From NCBI GenBank assembly GCA_040218735.1, contig JAVJQW010000008.1:192001-256000 (forward strand): 64,000 bases of DNA, written 5' to 3'. This document shows, one piece after another, positions 10,087-19,942 of the stretch. Position numbers and translations under genes: made by a program. Within the stretch, counting starts at the first letter, position 1. Every line of letters begins with the position of its first letter. Under the pieces are notes generated by a model. That model searched no databases. It was not told where the DNA came from and saw only the letters and a list, made by a program, of their open reading frames with translations. This DNA comes from Deltaproteobacteria bacterium (GTDB lineage: Bacteria > Myxococcota > Kuafuiibacteriia > Kuafuiibacteriales > Kuafuiibacteriaceae).

Positions 10087-11535
10087 ATGCGAAACGCCCA
10101 CGTCGCCGCCGCCGGTCTGATCCTCTTCGCCTGCAACACCGTCGACGACCTGCCGGAGGTCGAGCCGTACCCGCAGTGCGACGCGAGCAGCACGAACCTC
10201 GCGTCGCAGGCCGCGACCTACGACGCGATCGCGCGCCGCCTCCACATCCAGCCGGGACAGAACCTCCTGCACGCGGCCATCACGACGTCGGACTACGAGA
10301 CGTTCGATCGCGTTCGGCTCTCCGACAACAGCGGCTTCTGGACGGCGACGTACGTGGCCTCGCAGGCGTACCGCTACCGCGTCAGCGGGGACGCCGAGGC
10401 GCTCGAGAACCTGAAGCGCACGCTCCAGGGCATGCTCGACCTCACGCGCATCACCGGCAAGCCCGGGTTGTTCGGGCGCTCCTACGTGAAGCTCGGGCTG
10501 CCCGGGTTCCCGACCGAGGCGGAGCTCGTCGCCCAGTACCCCGACTGCCCCGACTTCTCGGCCGGCCAGTGCAAGCGCTGGAACCGCGTCGACGACGGAC
10601 CCTACGCCGGCCACATGTGGAAGAACGACGTGTCGCGCGACGAGTACGCGGGCCACATGTTCGCGGTCGGGATCGTCGGTAAGTTGGTCGACGACGCGGA
10701 GGTTCAAGACACCGCGCGGGCGATCGCGTCCGAGGTCGCGCTCCACCTCATCGACAACGACATGCAGTTCAAGGACGTGTCGGGGGAGACGACGACGTTC
10801 GGCTTCATGAGCCCCACGTCGTTCGGTGGGTTCCCCGGTTTCCTCGCGGTGCAGACGCTCGCGTGGTTCGCCACCGCCGCGGACCTCACCCAGGACCCGC
10901 GCATCACCTCGTTCTACCGAAATTGTCTGCTGCGCGAGGACATCGAACAGTGTGAGAAGCCGGACCTCGCGACGTCGGAGTCGTATCTGATTCACCTGCG
11001 GACGATGGGGTTGAACCTCGACTGCAAGACCAACTGGAACAACCACAACATGGCGCAGCTCGCGATGTTCGATCTGTTGCAGACCGAGGAGGACGGACGA
11101 ACGCGTCGCATCTACCAGCAGATCCTCGAGGACCAGATGTGGGCGGCCGACGACCCCCGCCCGATGAAGGACCAGAAGAACACGCTGTACACGTTCTTCC
11201 ACGAAGTGAACCGCAACCCCGCGCTCGTCGAGCGTGACGAGGCTCGGGTCGAGACCGGGCTCTGCGTGCTCAAGAAGTTCCCGGAGGTAAAATATCGCCG
11301 CGCCGTCGATCACAGTCGATTCACGGAGCAGTGCCGCGGGCGCAAGGACTTCGGGATGAGCACGGAGCTGATCCCGTACGAGGAGCGCCTCGTCGACAAC
11401 TTCAGCTGGACCCGCAACCCCTATCAGATCCGCGATCCCATCGAAGAGGATCGGACGTACATCGAGTCACCCGAAGACTTCCTCCTCGCCTACTGGATGG
11501 GTCGGTACTTCGGGATGATCGACGAAGACACCTGA
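10087..11535 (+). CDS. Uncharacterised lipoprotein, probable alpha/alpha toroid fold
   Basis: Lipobox LFAC. Motifs DNSGFWTATYVASQAYRY, WKNDVSRDE and DFLLAYWMGRY. Coding-like codon usage. Confidence 0.6.
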   Translation: MRNAHVAAAGLILFACNTVDDLPEVEPYPQCDASSTNLASQAATYDAIARRLHIQPGQNLLHAAITTSDYETFDRVRLSDNSGFWTATYVASQAYRYRVSGDAEALENLKRTLQGMLDLTRITGKPGLFGRSYVKLGLPGFPTEAELVAQYPDCPDFSAGQCKRWNRVDDGPYAGHMWKNDVSRDEYAGHMFAVGIVGKLVDDAEVQDTARAIASEVALHLIDNDMQFKDVSGETTTFGFMSPTSFGGFPGFLAVQTLAWFATAADLTQDPRITSFYRNCLLREDIEQCEKPDLATSESYLIHLRTMGLNLDCKTNWNNHNMAQLAMFDLLQTEEDGRTRRIYQQILEDQMWAADDPRPMKDQKNTLYTFFHEVNRNPALVERDEARVETGLCVLKKFPEVKYRRAVDHSRFTEQCRGRKDFGMSTELIPYEERLVDNFSWTRNPYQIRDPIEEDRTYIESPEDFLLAYWMGRYFGMIDEDT

Positions 11536-11592
11536 GGATCTCGTCGAAAGAAAGTGTTCCCACGGATCGGGCCGGCGGTGTCATCACGGTCG

Positions 11593-13023
11593 ATGACGTT
11601 CTCCCTTCGGCTCCTCGCGGTGCTCATCCTCACCGGCTGCAGCGCAACGCCCGCCCAAACCCTGCACGGGGACGACCCCCGAACCCGTACCGCCCGAAGC
11701 GGAACGCGCCTGGTCGCGGTCGAGGTCACGGACGTTCAGGGCGACGCTCGCCGCTTCGTGCATTTCCGCGATCGCGAGACGAGTCAGCCGTGCCAGCTCG
11801 TCCCGATCGATTCCGAGCTCGCGACGTACGCGTGCCTCCCCGAAGCTGTGGCTCGCATCGCCTATCTCGACCCGAACTGCGAGGGCGATCCGCTTCCGAA
11901 CGTCGTCGAGAGCGACGACCGGTGGGTGCGCCTCGGCGAAGGGTTCGCGCCCGACGTCGTTCGCCTGGGCGCGCCGCTCGACGACGTCGAGGTGTACACC
12001 CACGGCGGGCACCGCGGATGCCATCCGGCGACCGAAGTCTGGGTCCAGCGTGGAACGACGTTTCGGACGGCCGAGCAACGCGAGGCTACGACGTTCGTGA
12101 CCGGCACCTACGAGGTCGACGCGAGCCTCGAACGGATCGATCGCACCTCGTTCAAGGGCAGCGACGGCAGCACCCTCCTCGTCTCGCTCTTCGACCGGCT
12201 CGCCAAGACGACCTGTCGTCCGGGGGAGGCGCCGGACGGCGCGGGCCCGCGCTGCATCCCCGCGATCGACCGACTCTTCGTGGGGCCCGAGCTCGAGGAC
12301 CTCTTCCTACCGGGCTGTGACCAGCCCGTCGTCGCGTCCTACTCCGCATCCGCCGTCGGATTCCGCACCGACGATCCGGACGAAGTGATCTACCGCTTCG
12401 TGAGGCCGGAGCGCGACGTCGACGTCGCCCGTCGCGATCCGATGTCCGGGGCTTGTGTCCCGGTCGTCGATCTTCAGCTCGGGCGGCGCAGCCTCTTCGA
12501 AGTGCACCCGTACCCCGCGTCGGCGTGGCCGATCGTGCGCCTCGAGCGTCACGGCGCGCCGGACGCGACGGTGGACGTCGCGTGGTCCGTGGAAGGCGCC
12601 GCGCTCGCGGCGTCGCCATCACCGAACCCCGAGGCGCACTTCACGTCGACGACGCTCGGCGCGAGCTGCGCGCCCGGCTGGGTCGACGGCGAGCTTCGCT
12701 GTGTCCCGGTCACGCCGTGGGTGAGCGGCGTCGAGCGAGGCGCGTTCGAGAACAGCGGGTGCACGCGCCGAGCGCTCGCGCTCTCCGCCGGGAGCACGCC
12801 GCCCACGATCGCGGCCTTCGAATCGGCTCCCGCGACGGCGACGCAAGCTGGGTTGCGAAGCTGGGGAGTCCACTTCGTGGATCCGACGCCGGTGGACGGA
12901 TGGATCCTCCGGTGGAACGGTGACTGCTCCCGCGCGGTGGGGGTGTCCGTCTTTCGCCTCGGGGACGAGGCGGGCGCGGACGATCTGCCTCGGTTGGTGT
13001 CGAGAGACCTGACGCTCGAGTAG
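11593..13023 (+). CDS. Cys-rich myxobacterial lipoprotein of unknown function
   Basis: MTFSLRLLAVLILTGC lipobox. Repeated D...C...RCxP...xxxxC modules. Confidence 0.65.
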   Translation: MTFSLRLLAVLILTGCSATPAQTLHGDDPRTRTARSGTRLVAVEVTDVQGDARRFVHFRDRETSQPCQLVPIDSELATYACLPEAVARIAYLDPNCEGDPLPNVVESDDRWVRLGEGFAPDVVRLGAPLDDVEVYTHGGHRGCHPATEVWVQRGTTFRTAEQREATTFVTGTYEVDASLERIDRTSFKGSDGSTLLVSLFDRLAKTTCRPGEAPDGAGPRCIPAIDRLFVGPELEDLFLPGCDQPVVASYSASAVGFRTDDPDEVIYRFVRPERDVDVARRDPMSGACVPVVDLQLGRRSLFEVHPYPASAWPIVRLERHGAPDATVDVAWSVEGAALAASPSPNPEAHFTSTTLGASCAPGWVDGELRCVPVTPWVSGVERGAFENSGCTRRALALSAGSTPPTIAAFESAPATATQAGLRSWGVHFVDPTPVDGWILRWNGDCSRAVGVSVFRLGDEAGADDLPRLVSRDLTLE

Positions 13024-13202
13024 GACCTCCCCGAGAATGGTCGGTGGCTTCTTCGCGCCCGGCACCTCGTGGCCGAGGCGTGTGCGAAACCTTGCGATGT
13101 CTTGAAGCCGCCCTTCACGCAGGGAAGGTTTCGAGCTCCCCGAGGAGGTCGACCCGAGGCCAGGATGGTGATCCGCGAGGGGTCCCTGTATCTACATCCT
13201 CG

Positions 13203-16200
13203 GTGAACCTACGCACCCTCGGGACGACCGTCGTCGGGATCTGCCTCTTTTCGCCGCTCGCGTTCGGCTCCGAAGCGGCGCGAGTGTTCGAGGAGAACGT
13301 CGGCCAAGCCGACGCGCGGGTGACCCACTTCGCGCGAGGCGCACGCGACACTTTCTTCGTCACTCGGGATGGGTTCGCGATCGTCGCGCCCGGCTACGCC
13401 GTCACGGCGCAGCTCGGTCGGCCCGGTCCGGTCCTCGAGCGCAGCGCGCTCCCGGGACGTGTCCACCACCTCGTCGGCGATCCGAAGAAGTGGCGCGCGG
13501 ACATCGACACGTTCGATGTCGTCACACGCGTCGCGGGGAAGGGCGTCACCGTCGATCACCGCTTCGACGAACGCGGTCGCGTCGCTTTCGACGTTCACCT
13601 CGCCGCGGGTGCCGACCTCGCGACGTTCGCGCTTCGCTTCGACGGTCCGCAGAAGATCACGATCGACGACGCCGGTCGGCTCGTCCTCGACGAGCGAATC
13701 TACCTCACCGCGCCCCTCGCGTCCCAGGACGGCGAAGCGGTCCCGTGCCACTTCGTGATCCGCGGCGACGCGATCGGGTTCGAGGCCAGCTACGATCCCC
13801 GCCGCCCGCTCCTCATCGATCCCACCATCGAGTACGGGACCCTGCTCGGCTCCACCGGGAGCTCGATCGAAGCGGTCGACGCCGACGCTTCCGGCAACAT
13901 CTACGTCTTCGGCACCACGAGCCAGGCCACGTTCCCGACCACCGTTGGCGTCTACGACACCACCCTCGAAGGGACGGACGCCTTCGTCGCCAAGATCGAC
14001 CCGACGCTCACCGGCGCCGCCTCGCTGGTGTTCTCCACGTTCGTCGGCGGCTCCCAGACGGACCGGATCTACGCGGGCGCCGTCGGGCCGAACGGGCGGC
14101 CGCACTTCTTCGCGCGGATGTCGAACGACTTCATCACGACCGCCAACGCGTTCGACGCGACGCGCAGCGGCGGCTTCCCCGGCTACATCGCGGTGCTCTC
14201 CGCCACGGGCGCCGCGCTCGACTACGGGACGTGGTTCAGCGACGGCGGGCAGAGCGCGATCGACGTCGACGCGGCCGGCCACATCTACGTCGGTGGCAGC
14301 AACAACAGCACCAGCCACCCGCTGACCCCCTCCGCGTACCAGTCGACCCGAATGAACAGCGACGCGTACGTCGCGCGCCTCGACATCACGCTCCCGCCCG
14401 CTCAACAGCTCGTCTACTCCACACGTTTCGGCGGCTTCGCCAGCGACGCGACGATGGCGCTCGACGCGGACGACAACGGTCACGTCTTCCTCCTGATCGA
14501 CTCCGGCTCGTCGGATCTCCCGGTCACGGTGGGGGCGTTCCAAACCCGCGCCGACACGTACGCGGTCGCACGCTTCGACACCAACGCGAGCGGCGCCGCG
14601 TCGCTCGTGTACTCGACCTTCCTCGGCGGCACGGGCGGTGAGACCCGCCGCGTGAACGTCGGCGACATCGCCACGGACGGCGCCGGCCACGCGTACGTCA
14701 CCGGCGGCACCGCGTCCGCCGACTTCCCCACGACCGCGGGCGCATTTGCCACCACGATCCCCGCCACCGGCTCGGCGTTCATCACGAAGATCGCGCCGAC
14801 GGGGACCGCGCTGGTCTACTCCACGTTCGTCGGCGGCAGCTCGCCGAGCGACGAGGGCTACGACATCGCGGTCAACAGCCTCGGCGAGGCGTTCCTCACC
14901 CACCGAAGCTCCCTCGCGCCGTCCCCGTGTGGCTTCGCGGGCGCGACCGGCCTGCAATCTGGGTTGACGCGCATGAACGCGGCCGGCAGCGCCATCATCC
15001 ATACGACGCGCCTGGGCGAGAGCGAGGCGGCCCACCTCGCGCTCACCCCCGCCGGCGTCGCGGTCATCGGCGGCACCCTCGACACGCCGACGTTCCCCCT
15101 CTCGGGCGGATTCGCGACCTCGCTCGCCGGAAACGACGGCTTCGTGGCCGCGGTGTCGATGGAGCCCGGGTGCACGGACCTCGACGTCGACATCACCGTC
15201 GACCCCAACCCCACCACCGCGGGCAACGGCGCGACGTTCACCGTGCACATCACGAACCTCGGCGTGGACCCCGCGCACGATGTCGTCCTCACTGACGACC
15301 TCCCCGATGGCGTGTCGCTCGTGCTCGCCGAACCCCGGGCCGACTGCCCGCGCGTCGATCCCGTCGTGTGTTCACTCGGCACCATCGGGGCCGGCGCGAC
15401 GTCGACCGTCACCGTGCGCATCTCCACGACGCGCAGCTCCCCCGCGAACATCCTCAACACCGTCGAGGTCAGCTCGAGCTCGCCGGACGCGAACCCCGCC
15501 AATGACGTCGCGTCGGTGGTGCTGAACATCTCGCCGCGCGCCGACGGCTGCGGCCCCGTCACCTACTTCGGCGACTGTAACGGCGCGACGCTCACGTACT
15601 GCGAGGCGGAGGGCACCGCGGCGGAGCGCGTCGTGACGGTCGACTGCGCTTCGCAGTTCCCCGGCGCGCGCGCGACCTGCGGTTTGGTCGACGCGACCCA
15701 CGGGAACGACTGCGTGGTGTTGGCCGGCGAGACCTGCGCGTTTGCGGACGAGCTGCAGCGACCGCAGTACGCGCTGTGCGACGGCAGCGCGCCGGGCTGC
15801 GTCTACGACGAGGCCGCGGGTGAAGCGATCTGTCAGGAGGGCGTCGGGCCCTGCACCCCCGCTGTGGCCGGCGCTGCGTACGCACCGACCTGCATCCAAG
15901 GGGTCCTCGCGTTCGACTGCCGCGTGAGCCAACCCGTCGGCTACGACTGCGGCGGCGCGGGCGGGACCTGCGCGAACGCGACGTGCTCCGGCCTCCCGGA
16001 GGGCGCGCGATGCAACGACGCCGATCTGCTCTGCGTCGAGACCGCCGCGATCTGCGACGTGTACACCGATCGCTGCCTCGGCCTCGGCGCCGTCTGCGAC
16101 GCGACCATGTTCACCGCGTCCTGTGACGGCGACACCCTCGAGCTGTGTGACCCGCGCGTGGGACGCGTGGTTCGCACCGACTGCGCCACGGCGTTCGAGG

Positions 16201-19200
16201 GTTCGGGCCGCGTTCGGTGCGGCGCCCCCTTCACCTGCCTCGACAACCGCTCGGGCGGCCCCTGCGCACGGGTGCCGCCGAGCTGCGTCGGCGGCGCGTC
16301 GGGGGACCGCTGTGATCCCACGCGCGGCATCTACTGCGGCCCGGGCCTCAGCTGCGTCGCGCGTCAACCGGCTGCGGGCGAGCCGCCCATCTCGACGTGT
16401 GAGGGGCTCCGCAGCGAGTGCGCGCCGACGGAGATCACCGCGGGCTGTGAAGGGGACATCGCGACGTTCTGCGTCGGCAACCGCGAAGGGACCGCGGTCG
16501 AGCCGGTCGGCTTCGACTGCGCTTCGTTCGGGAGCACGTGTGTTCGCGAGGGGCGGACGCAGGCGATCTGCGAAGGCGGGGAGGGCGCCCCCTGCGACGA
16601 CCCGACGCTCCACCCCGCTTCGTTGCTCCGGTGCCTCCCCGGCTACGCGTGCGCGGGCTCCGGCGCCACCCTCGGCACCTGCGTCGAGGTCTCACCGACG
16701 CGCGACGGTGGCGTCCGCGACGGCGCCGTGGCGCCGGACGGTGGCGTGGTCCGCGACGGCGGGAGCGAAGGCCCCGTGCGCGACGCGGGCACGACCCGAC
16801 CGAAGGCGCCCGACGAAGGCGGGTGTGGCTGCACCGCGACGGAGCGCTCCGATGTGAGTTGGGGGTGGTCGCTCGCGCTGGTCGCGTTGTTGTTCCGGCG
16901 GCGGCGCGCGGTGCTCGCCGTGTTGTTCGCGCTCGCGTTGGTCGCGGCGGATGACGACGCCGAAGCCAAAGGGTTCCGCGGCTCGACGCTGACGCCGAGC
17001 CGTCCGCTCGGGTCGGGCTCGGGACTCCAGGTCGGCGCCGGCGCGGTGTCGACGTTGAGCTGTCCGATGACCGTCGACGACTGCCTCGATCCGATCTTCG
17101 GCGTGTCGGCGTGCGGGCGGATCGAGATGCAGCTCCTGCTCGGCGTGTCGCCCGGCCTGTCGGTGTGTTTCGACCACTGCAACGCGAACCCGCCGGACCT
17201 CGCCGCGTGCCAGAGCACCGACTACTTCCGGACGATCTGCGGCCAGTACGAGGCGTCGACCTTCCTGATCCCCGAGCCGCCCGAGTGCCAACCGCCGACC
17301 GGGCCGGCGTACCCGTGTGAGCACCCTTCGGCGTGTGTGAACCTCCTGCGCGGGTGGATCGACGACACTGCGCTCCAGTTCGGGAGCGCGGCGCCGGCGG
17401 TCGCCCCCACGACGGTCGTCGTCCCGCCGACGTCGGGTGACAACGTCGGCACACCCCCCGCCGGGTCGCTGCTCGCAGTGAAGAAGCCGGACTACACGCC
17501 GGTGGGGATGCGATCGGACAGCCTCGAGACCACCCTTTGGGGCTTCCATCAGACCGACGTCACGCAGGGGTCCAACCTCGACAACGTCGCGGCGCTGTCG
17601 CGCATCCAGACGCAGCGACAGGCGTGGGCGGCGAACGGCGACGTCGTCGGGAGCTGCAACGAGTACGCGTACGAGTTGTTCTACTCGGTGAGCCAGTTCC
17701 AGGATCAGAAGATCACCCTCGGCTCGGAGTACCGCGACGTCTTCGACCTCGCCTATCAGGTCGCGAACCCGGTGCCCGCGCACGCGCTCGGCACACGCGG
17801 GGTGATGAACCTCGCGGAGGTTCGCTTCGACGGTGCGCCGTCACCGGATCAGCACGAGTTCCCGTCGTGGCAGCAGTACAAGAACTCGTTCTTCGCCGCC
17901 GACTACATGAACCCGACCCAACGCTCGATGATCCTCGCGGATCTCGAACCCGGCGATCCTCGCCCGTCGAACAAACAGATCATCCTGCTCGACGACGATC
18001 TCTACGCCACCGTCTGGGATGGCTACATCAACGGTCGCTACACCGAGTCGTGGCAGTGGCACCTCGACCAATCGAACGCGTTGCAGCCGCTCTACCTCGA
18101 CGAGCAGCTCTTCCAGATCGAGAAGTTCAAGCTGGAGTTCGAGCAGCTCTTGTTCCGCCGCGCGCAGGTGCTCTCCGCGATCCAGGCGATCTACCGGCGC
18201 TGGCACGAGGGGGTGCTCGAATCGATCCCCGAATTCGCGGACGACTCGTTCTTCGATCCGTCGATCTACGAGAGTCAGATCTACGTCGGCGAAGATCCGA
18301 TCTCCCAGCTGCTCGCGGAGCAGCGCGCGCAGCGCGCGGACCGCGCCGCGTCGCAGGGGCTCGTCAGCAGCAACGAGGTCGTCAGCGTCCAACACGGCTT
18401 CAACTACTCGGACTTCACGCAGCTCCCGAGCGGACAGGTCACCACGCCCTTCTCGGCGCCGCTCCCGGGTGCCGGCTCCGTCACGACGCGCGGGGGGATC
18501 TCGGCGACGCAGTCGGTCGCTCGGGCGACGCAGGCGCTGCGCGGCATGTCGATGTCGAGCTCGTTGGTCGCGGAGTCGGTGGGTCTGCAGGGCTCGCTGT
18601 CGGACGTGGTCGCGCCGGGCCTGGAGGGCCTGTACGCGATGCTCGCCGGGGTCGATGCGCTGATCGAGGCGGCGCTGTTCGAGGCGGAGGCGCTCGGCTG
18701 CCTCGCCCCGGGGCTCACGCCGTGTGACTGGTCGCCGCGTCTGTTCAGCCAGCGCGTCACGGATCTCGGGCGCTACCGCGAGCCGTATTACGAGCAGTGC
18801 CGCGAGTACACGGCCGACACCGGCTTCGCGGCGATCGTGAATGCGACGCCGTTTGTCTACCCCAACCCGTCGGGCGGTCAGCCTCCGGAGCTCGTCACGA
18901 TGGTCGACGGACAGTCGTGCAACCGCGCCGCCTACAACACGGACCTCGACGCGATGCAGCTCTACTTCGACTGCGTCGACCAACACAAAAAGGACCTCGT
19001 CTCCGCGCTGACCCAGATCCTCGGGAAGGAGGGCTTCGTGATCGGACCGCCGCCCGACTACGACGTACGGATCGGCGGCGTCGAGAGCGACACCTTCGAG
19101 ACCGGCAACGACATGTTCGAGGCGCGCGGAGGTTTCGAAGCGACGTGGGGCATGACGATCGCCGGCGTCGAGACGAGCAGCCCCGACTGGTGTCTCCTCG

Positions 19201-19937
19201 AACCCTCGCTCCACGCTGCGTTGTGGGCGGGCGGGCGCGCGTTGTTCGCGAACTTCGAGCTCGTCGACGCCCACGCCACGATCAGCGCCGAGCCGGGCGT
19301 CGACTCGGAGGCGTACATGGAGGTCGCGGGTGTCGAGCTCGTCGACACCGGTCCGCACCAGTTCGCGACGAACATGGACTTCAACATCATCGAAGACGGC
19401 GGCGAGGAGTCCGAGGACTTCTTCAAGGCGCAGGCGACCATCACCGTCGTCGTCGTACCGGTGACGATCCGCGGCGGCGTCGCCGGGCGGATCGGCGCGA
19501 CGGTGGGGCTCGGCATGGGCCAGCCCAAGGGCGGGTCGTGCAGCACCGCCGACGTCCTCCTCGAGGGCCACTTCACCCCTTACGTGGGCGTCGACGCGTT
19601 CGCCTCGGTGAGCATCGACGCCCTGATCGTCGAAGCGGGCATCAAGGTCACGCTCGTGCTCGTGCAAGCTGACTTGCCGCTGGACGTCGCCGTGGAGGTC
19701 GACGGGATGCAGGCGGGGAGTGTGCTGGGCGCAAACATGGCGGTCTCGGCCAACCTCGATCTCGTGCTCTCCATCCTCTCGGGTTGGGTGAGCGCGTTCG
19801 TGGAGATCTGTTACCTGATCGGGTGCGAGTACTTCGAGGAGATCCTGTTCCGCTGGGACGGGCCGCGCTTCACGCAAAATCTATTCAGTGTCGGCTTCGA
19901 GGTTCCGCTCTTGCCGCTGACCACGCTGGGAGACTGA
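13203..19937 (+). CDS. Giant surface protein: SBBP beta-propeller repeats, DUF11, Cys-rich region, internal MYXO-CTERM, second signal peptide and about 990-aa C-terminal region
   Basis: GTG 13203 gives signal peptide MNLRTLGTTVVGICLFSPLAFG. YDPRRPLLIDP, YSTFLGG, YVTGGTASADFP (SBBP). ITNLG...VVLTDDLP...DANPAND (DUF11). GGCGC...WSLALVALLFRRRR at 16818-16907. Confidence 0.8.
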   Translation: MNLRTLGTTVVGICLFSPLAFGSEAARVFEENVGQADARVTHFARGARDTFFVTRDGFAIVAPGYAVTAQLGRPGPVLERSALPGRVHHLVGDPKKWRADIDTFDVVTRVAGKGVTVDHRFDERGRVAFDVHLAAGADLATFALRFDGPQKITIDDAGRLVLDERIYLTAPLASQDGEAVPCHFVIRGDAIGFEASYDPRRPLLIDPTIEYGTLLGSTGSSIEAVDADASGNIYVFGTTSQATFPTTVGVYDTTLEGTDAFVAKIDPTLTGAASLVFSTFVGGSQTDRIYAGAVGPNGRPHFFARMSNDFITTANAFDATRSGGFPGYIAVLSATGAALDYGTWFSDGGQSAIDVDAAGHIYVGGSNNSTSHPLTPSAYQSTRMNSDAYVARLDITLPPAQQLVYSTRFGGFASDATMALDADDNGHVFLLIDSGSSDLPVTVGAFQTRADTYAVARFDTNASGAASLVYSTFLGGTGGETRRVNVGDIATDGAGHAYVTGGTASADFPTTAGAFATTIPATGSAFITKIAPTGTALVYSTFVGGSSPSDEGYDIAVNSLGEAFLTHRSSLAPSPCGFAGATGLQSGLTRMNAAGSAIIHTTRLGESEAAHLALTPAGVAVIGGTLDTPTFPLSGGFATSLAGNDGFVAAVSMEPGCTDLDVDITVDPNPTTAGNGATFTVHITNLGVDPAHDVVLTDDLPDGVSLVLAEPRADCPRVDPVVCSLGTIGAGATSTVTVRISTTRSSPANILNTVEVSSSSPDANPANDVASVVLNISPRADGCGPVTYFGDCNGATLTYCEAEGTAAERVVTVDCASQFPGARATCGLVDATHGNDCVVLAGETCAFADELQRPQYALCDGSAPGCVYDEAAGEAICQEGVGPCTPAVAGAAYAPTCIQGVLAFDCRVSQPVGYDCGGAGGTCANATCSGLPEGARCNDADLLCVETAAICDVYTDRCLGLGAVCDATMFTASCDGDTLELCDPRVGRVVRTDCATAFEGSGRVRCGAPFTCLDNRSGGPCARVPPSCVGGASGDRCDPTRGIYCGPGLSCVARQPAAGEPPISTCEGLRSECAPTEITAGCEGDIATFCVGNREGTAVEPVGFDCASFGSTCVREGRTQAICEGGEGAPCDDPTLHPASLLRCLPGYACAGSGATLGTCVEVSPTRDGGVRDGAVAPDGGVVRDGGSEGPVRDAGTTRPKAPDEGGCGCTATERSDVSWGWSLALVALLFRRRRAVLAVLFALALVAADDDAEAKGFRGSTLTPSRPLGSGSGLQVGAGAVSTLSCPMTVDDCLDPIFGVSACGRIEMQLLLGVSPGLSVCFDHCNANPPDLAACQSTDYFRTICGQYEASTFLIPEPPECQPPTGPAYPCEHPSACVNLLRGWIDDTALQFGSAAPAVAPTTVVVPPTSGDNVGTPPAGSLLAVKKPDYTPVGMRSDSLETTLWGFHQTDVTQGSNLDNVAALSRIQTQRQAWAANGDVVGSCNEYAYELFYSVSQFQDQKITLGSEYRDVFDLAYQVANPVPAHALGTRGVMNLAEVRFDGAPSPDQHEFPSWQQYKNSFFAADYMNPTQRSMILADLEPGDPRPSNKQIILLDDDLYATVWDGYINGRYTESWQWHLDQSNALQPLYLDEQLFQIEKFKLEFEQLLFRRAQVLSAIQAIYRRWHEGVLESIPEFADDSFFDPSIYESQIYVGEDPISQLLAEQRAQRADRAASQGLVSSNEVVSVQHGFNYSDFTQLPSGQVTTPFSAPLPGAGSVTTRGGISATQSVARATQALRGMSMSSSLVAESVGLQGSLSDVVAPGLEGLYAMLAGVDALIEAALFEAEALGCLAPGLTPCDWSPRLFSQRVTDLGRYREPYYEQCREYTADTGFAAIVNATPFVYPNPSGGQPPELVTMVDGQSCNRAAYNTDLDAMQLYFDCVDQHKKDLVSALTQILGKEGFVIGPPPDYDVRIGGVESDTFETGNDMFEARGGFEATWGMTIAGVETSSPDWCLLEPSLHAALWAGGRALFANFELVDAHATISAEPGVDSEAYMEVAGVELVDTGPHQFATNMDFNIIEDGGEESEDFFKAQATITVVVVPVTIRGGVAGRIGATVGLGMGQPKGGSCSTADVLLEGHFTPYVGVDAFASVSIDALIVEAGIKVTLVLVQADLPLDVAVEVDGMQAGSVLGANMAVSANLDLVLSILSGWVSAFVEICYLIGCEYFEEILFRWDGPRFTQNLFSVGFEVPLLPLTTLGD

Positions 19938-19942
19938 CGAAG

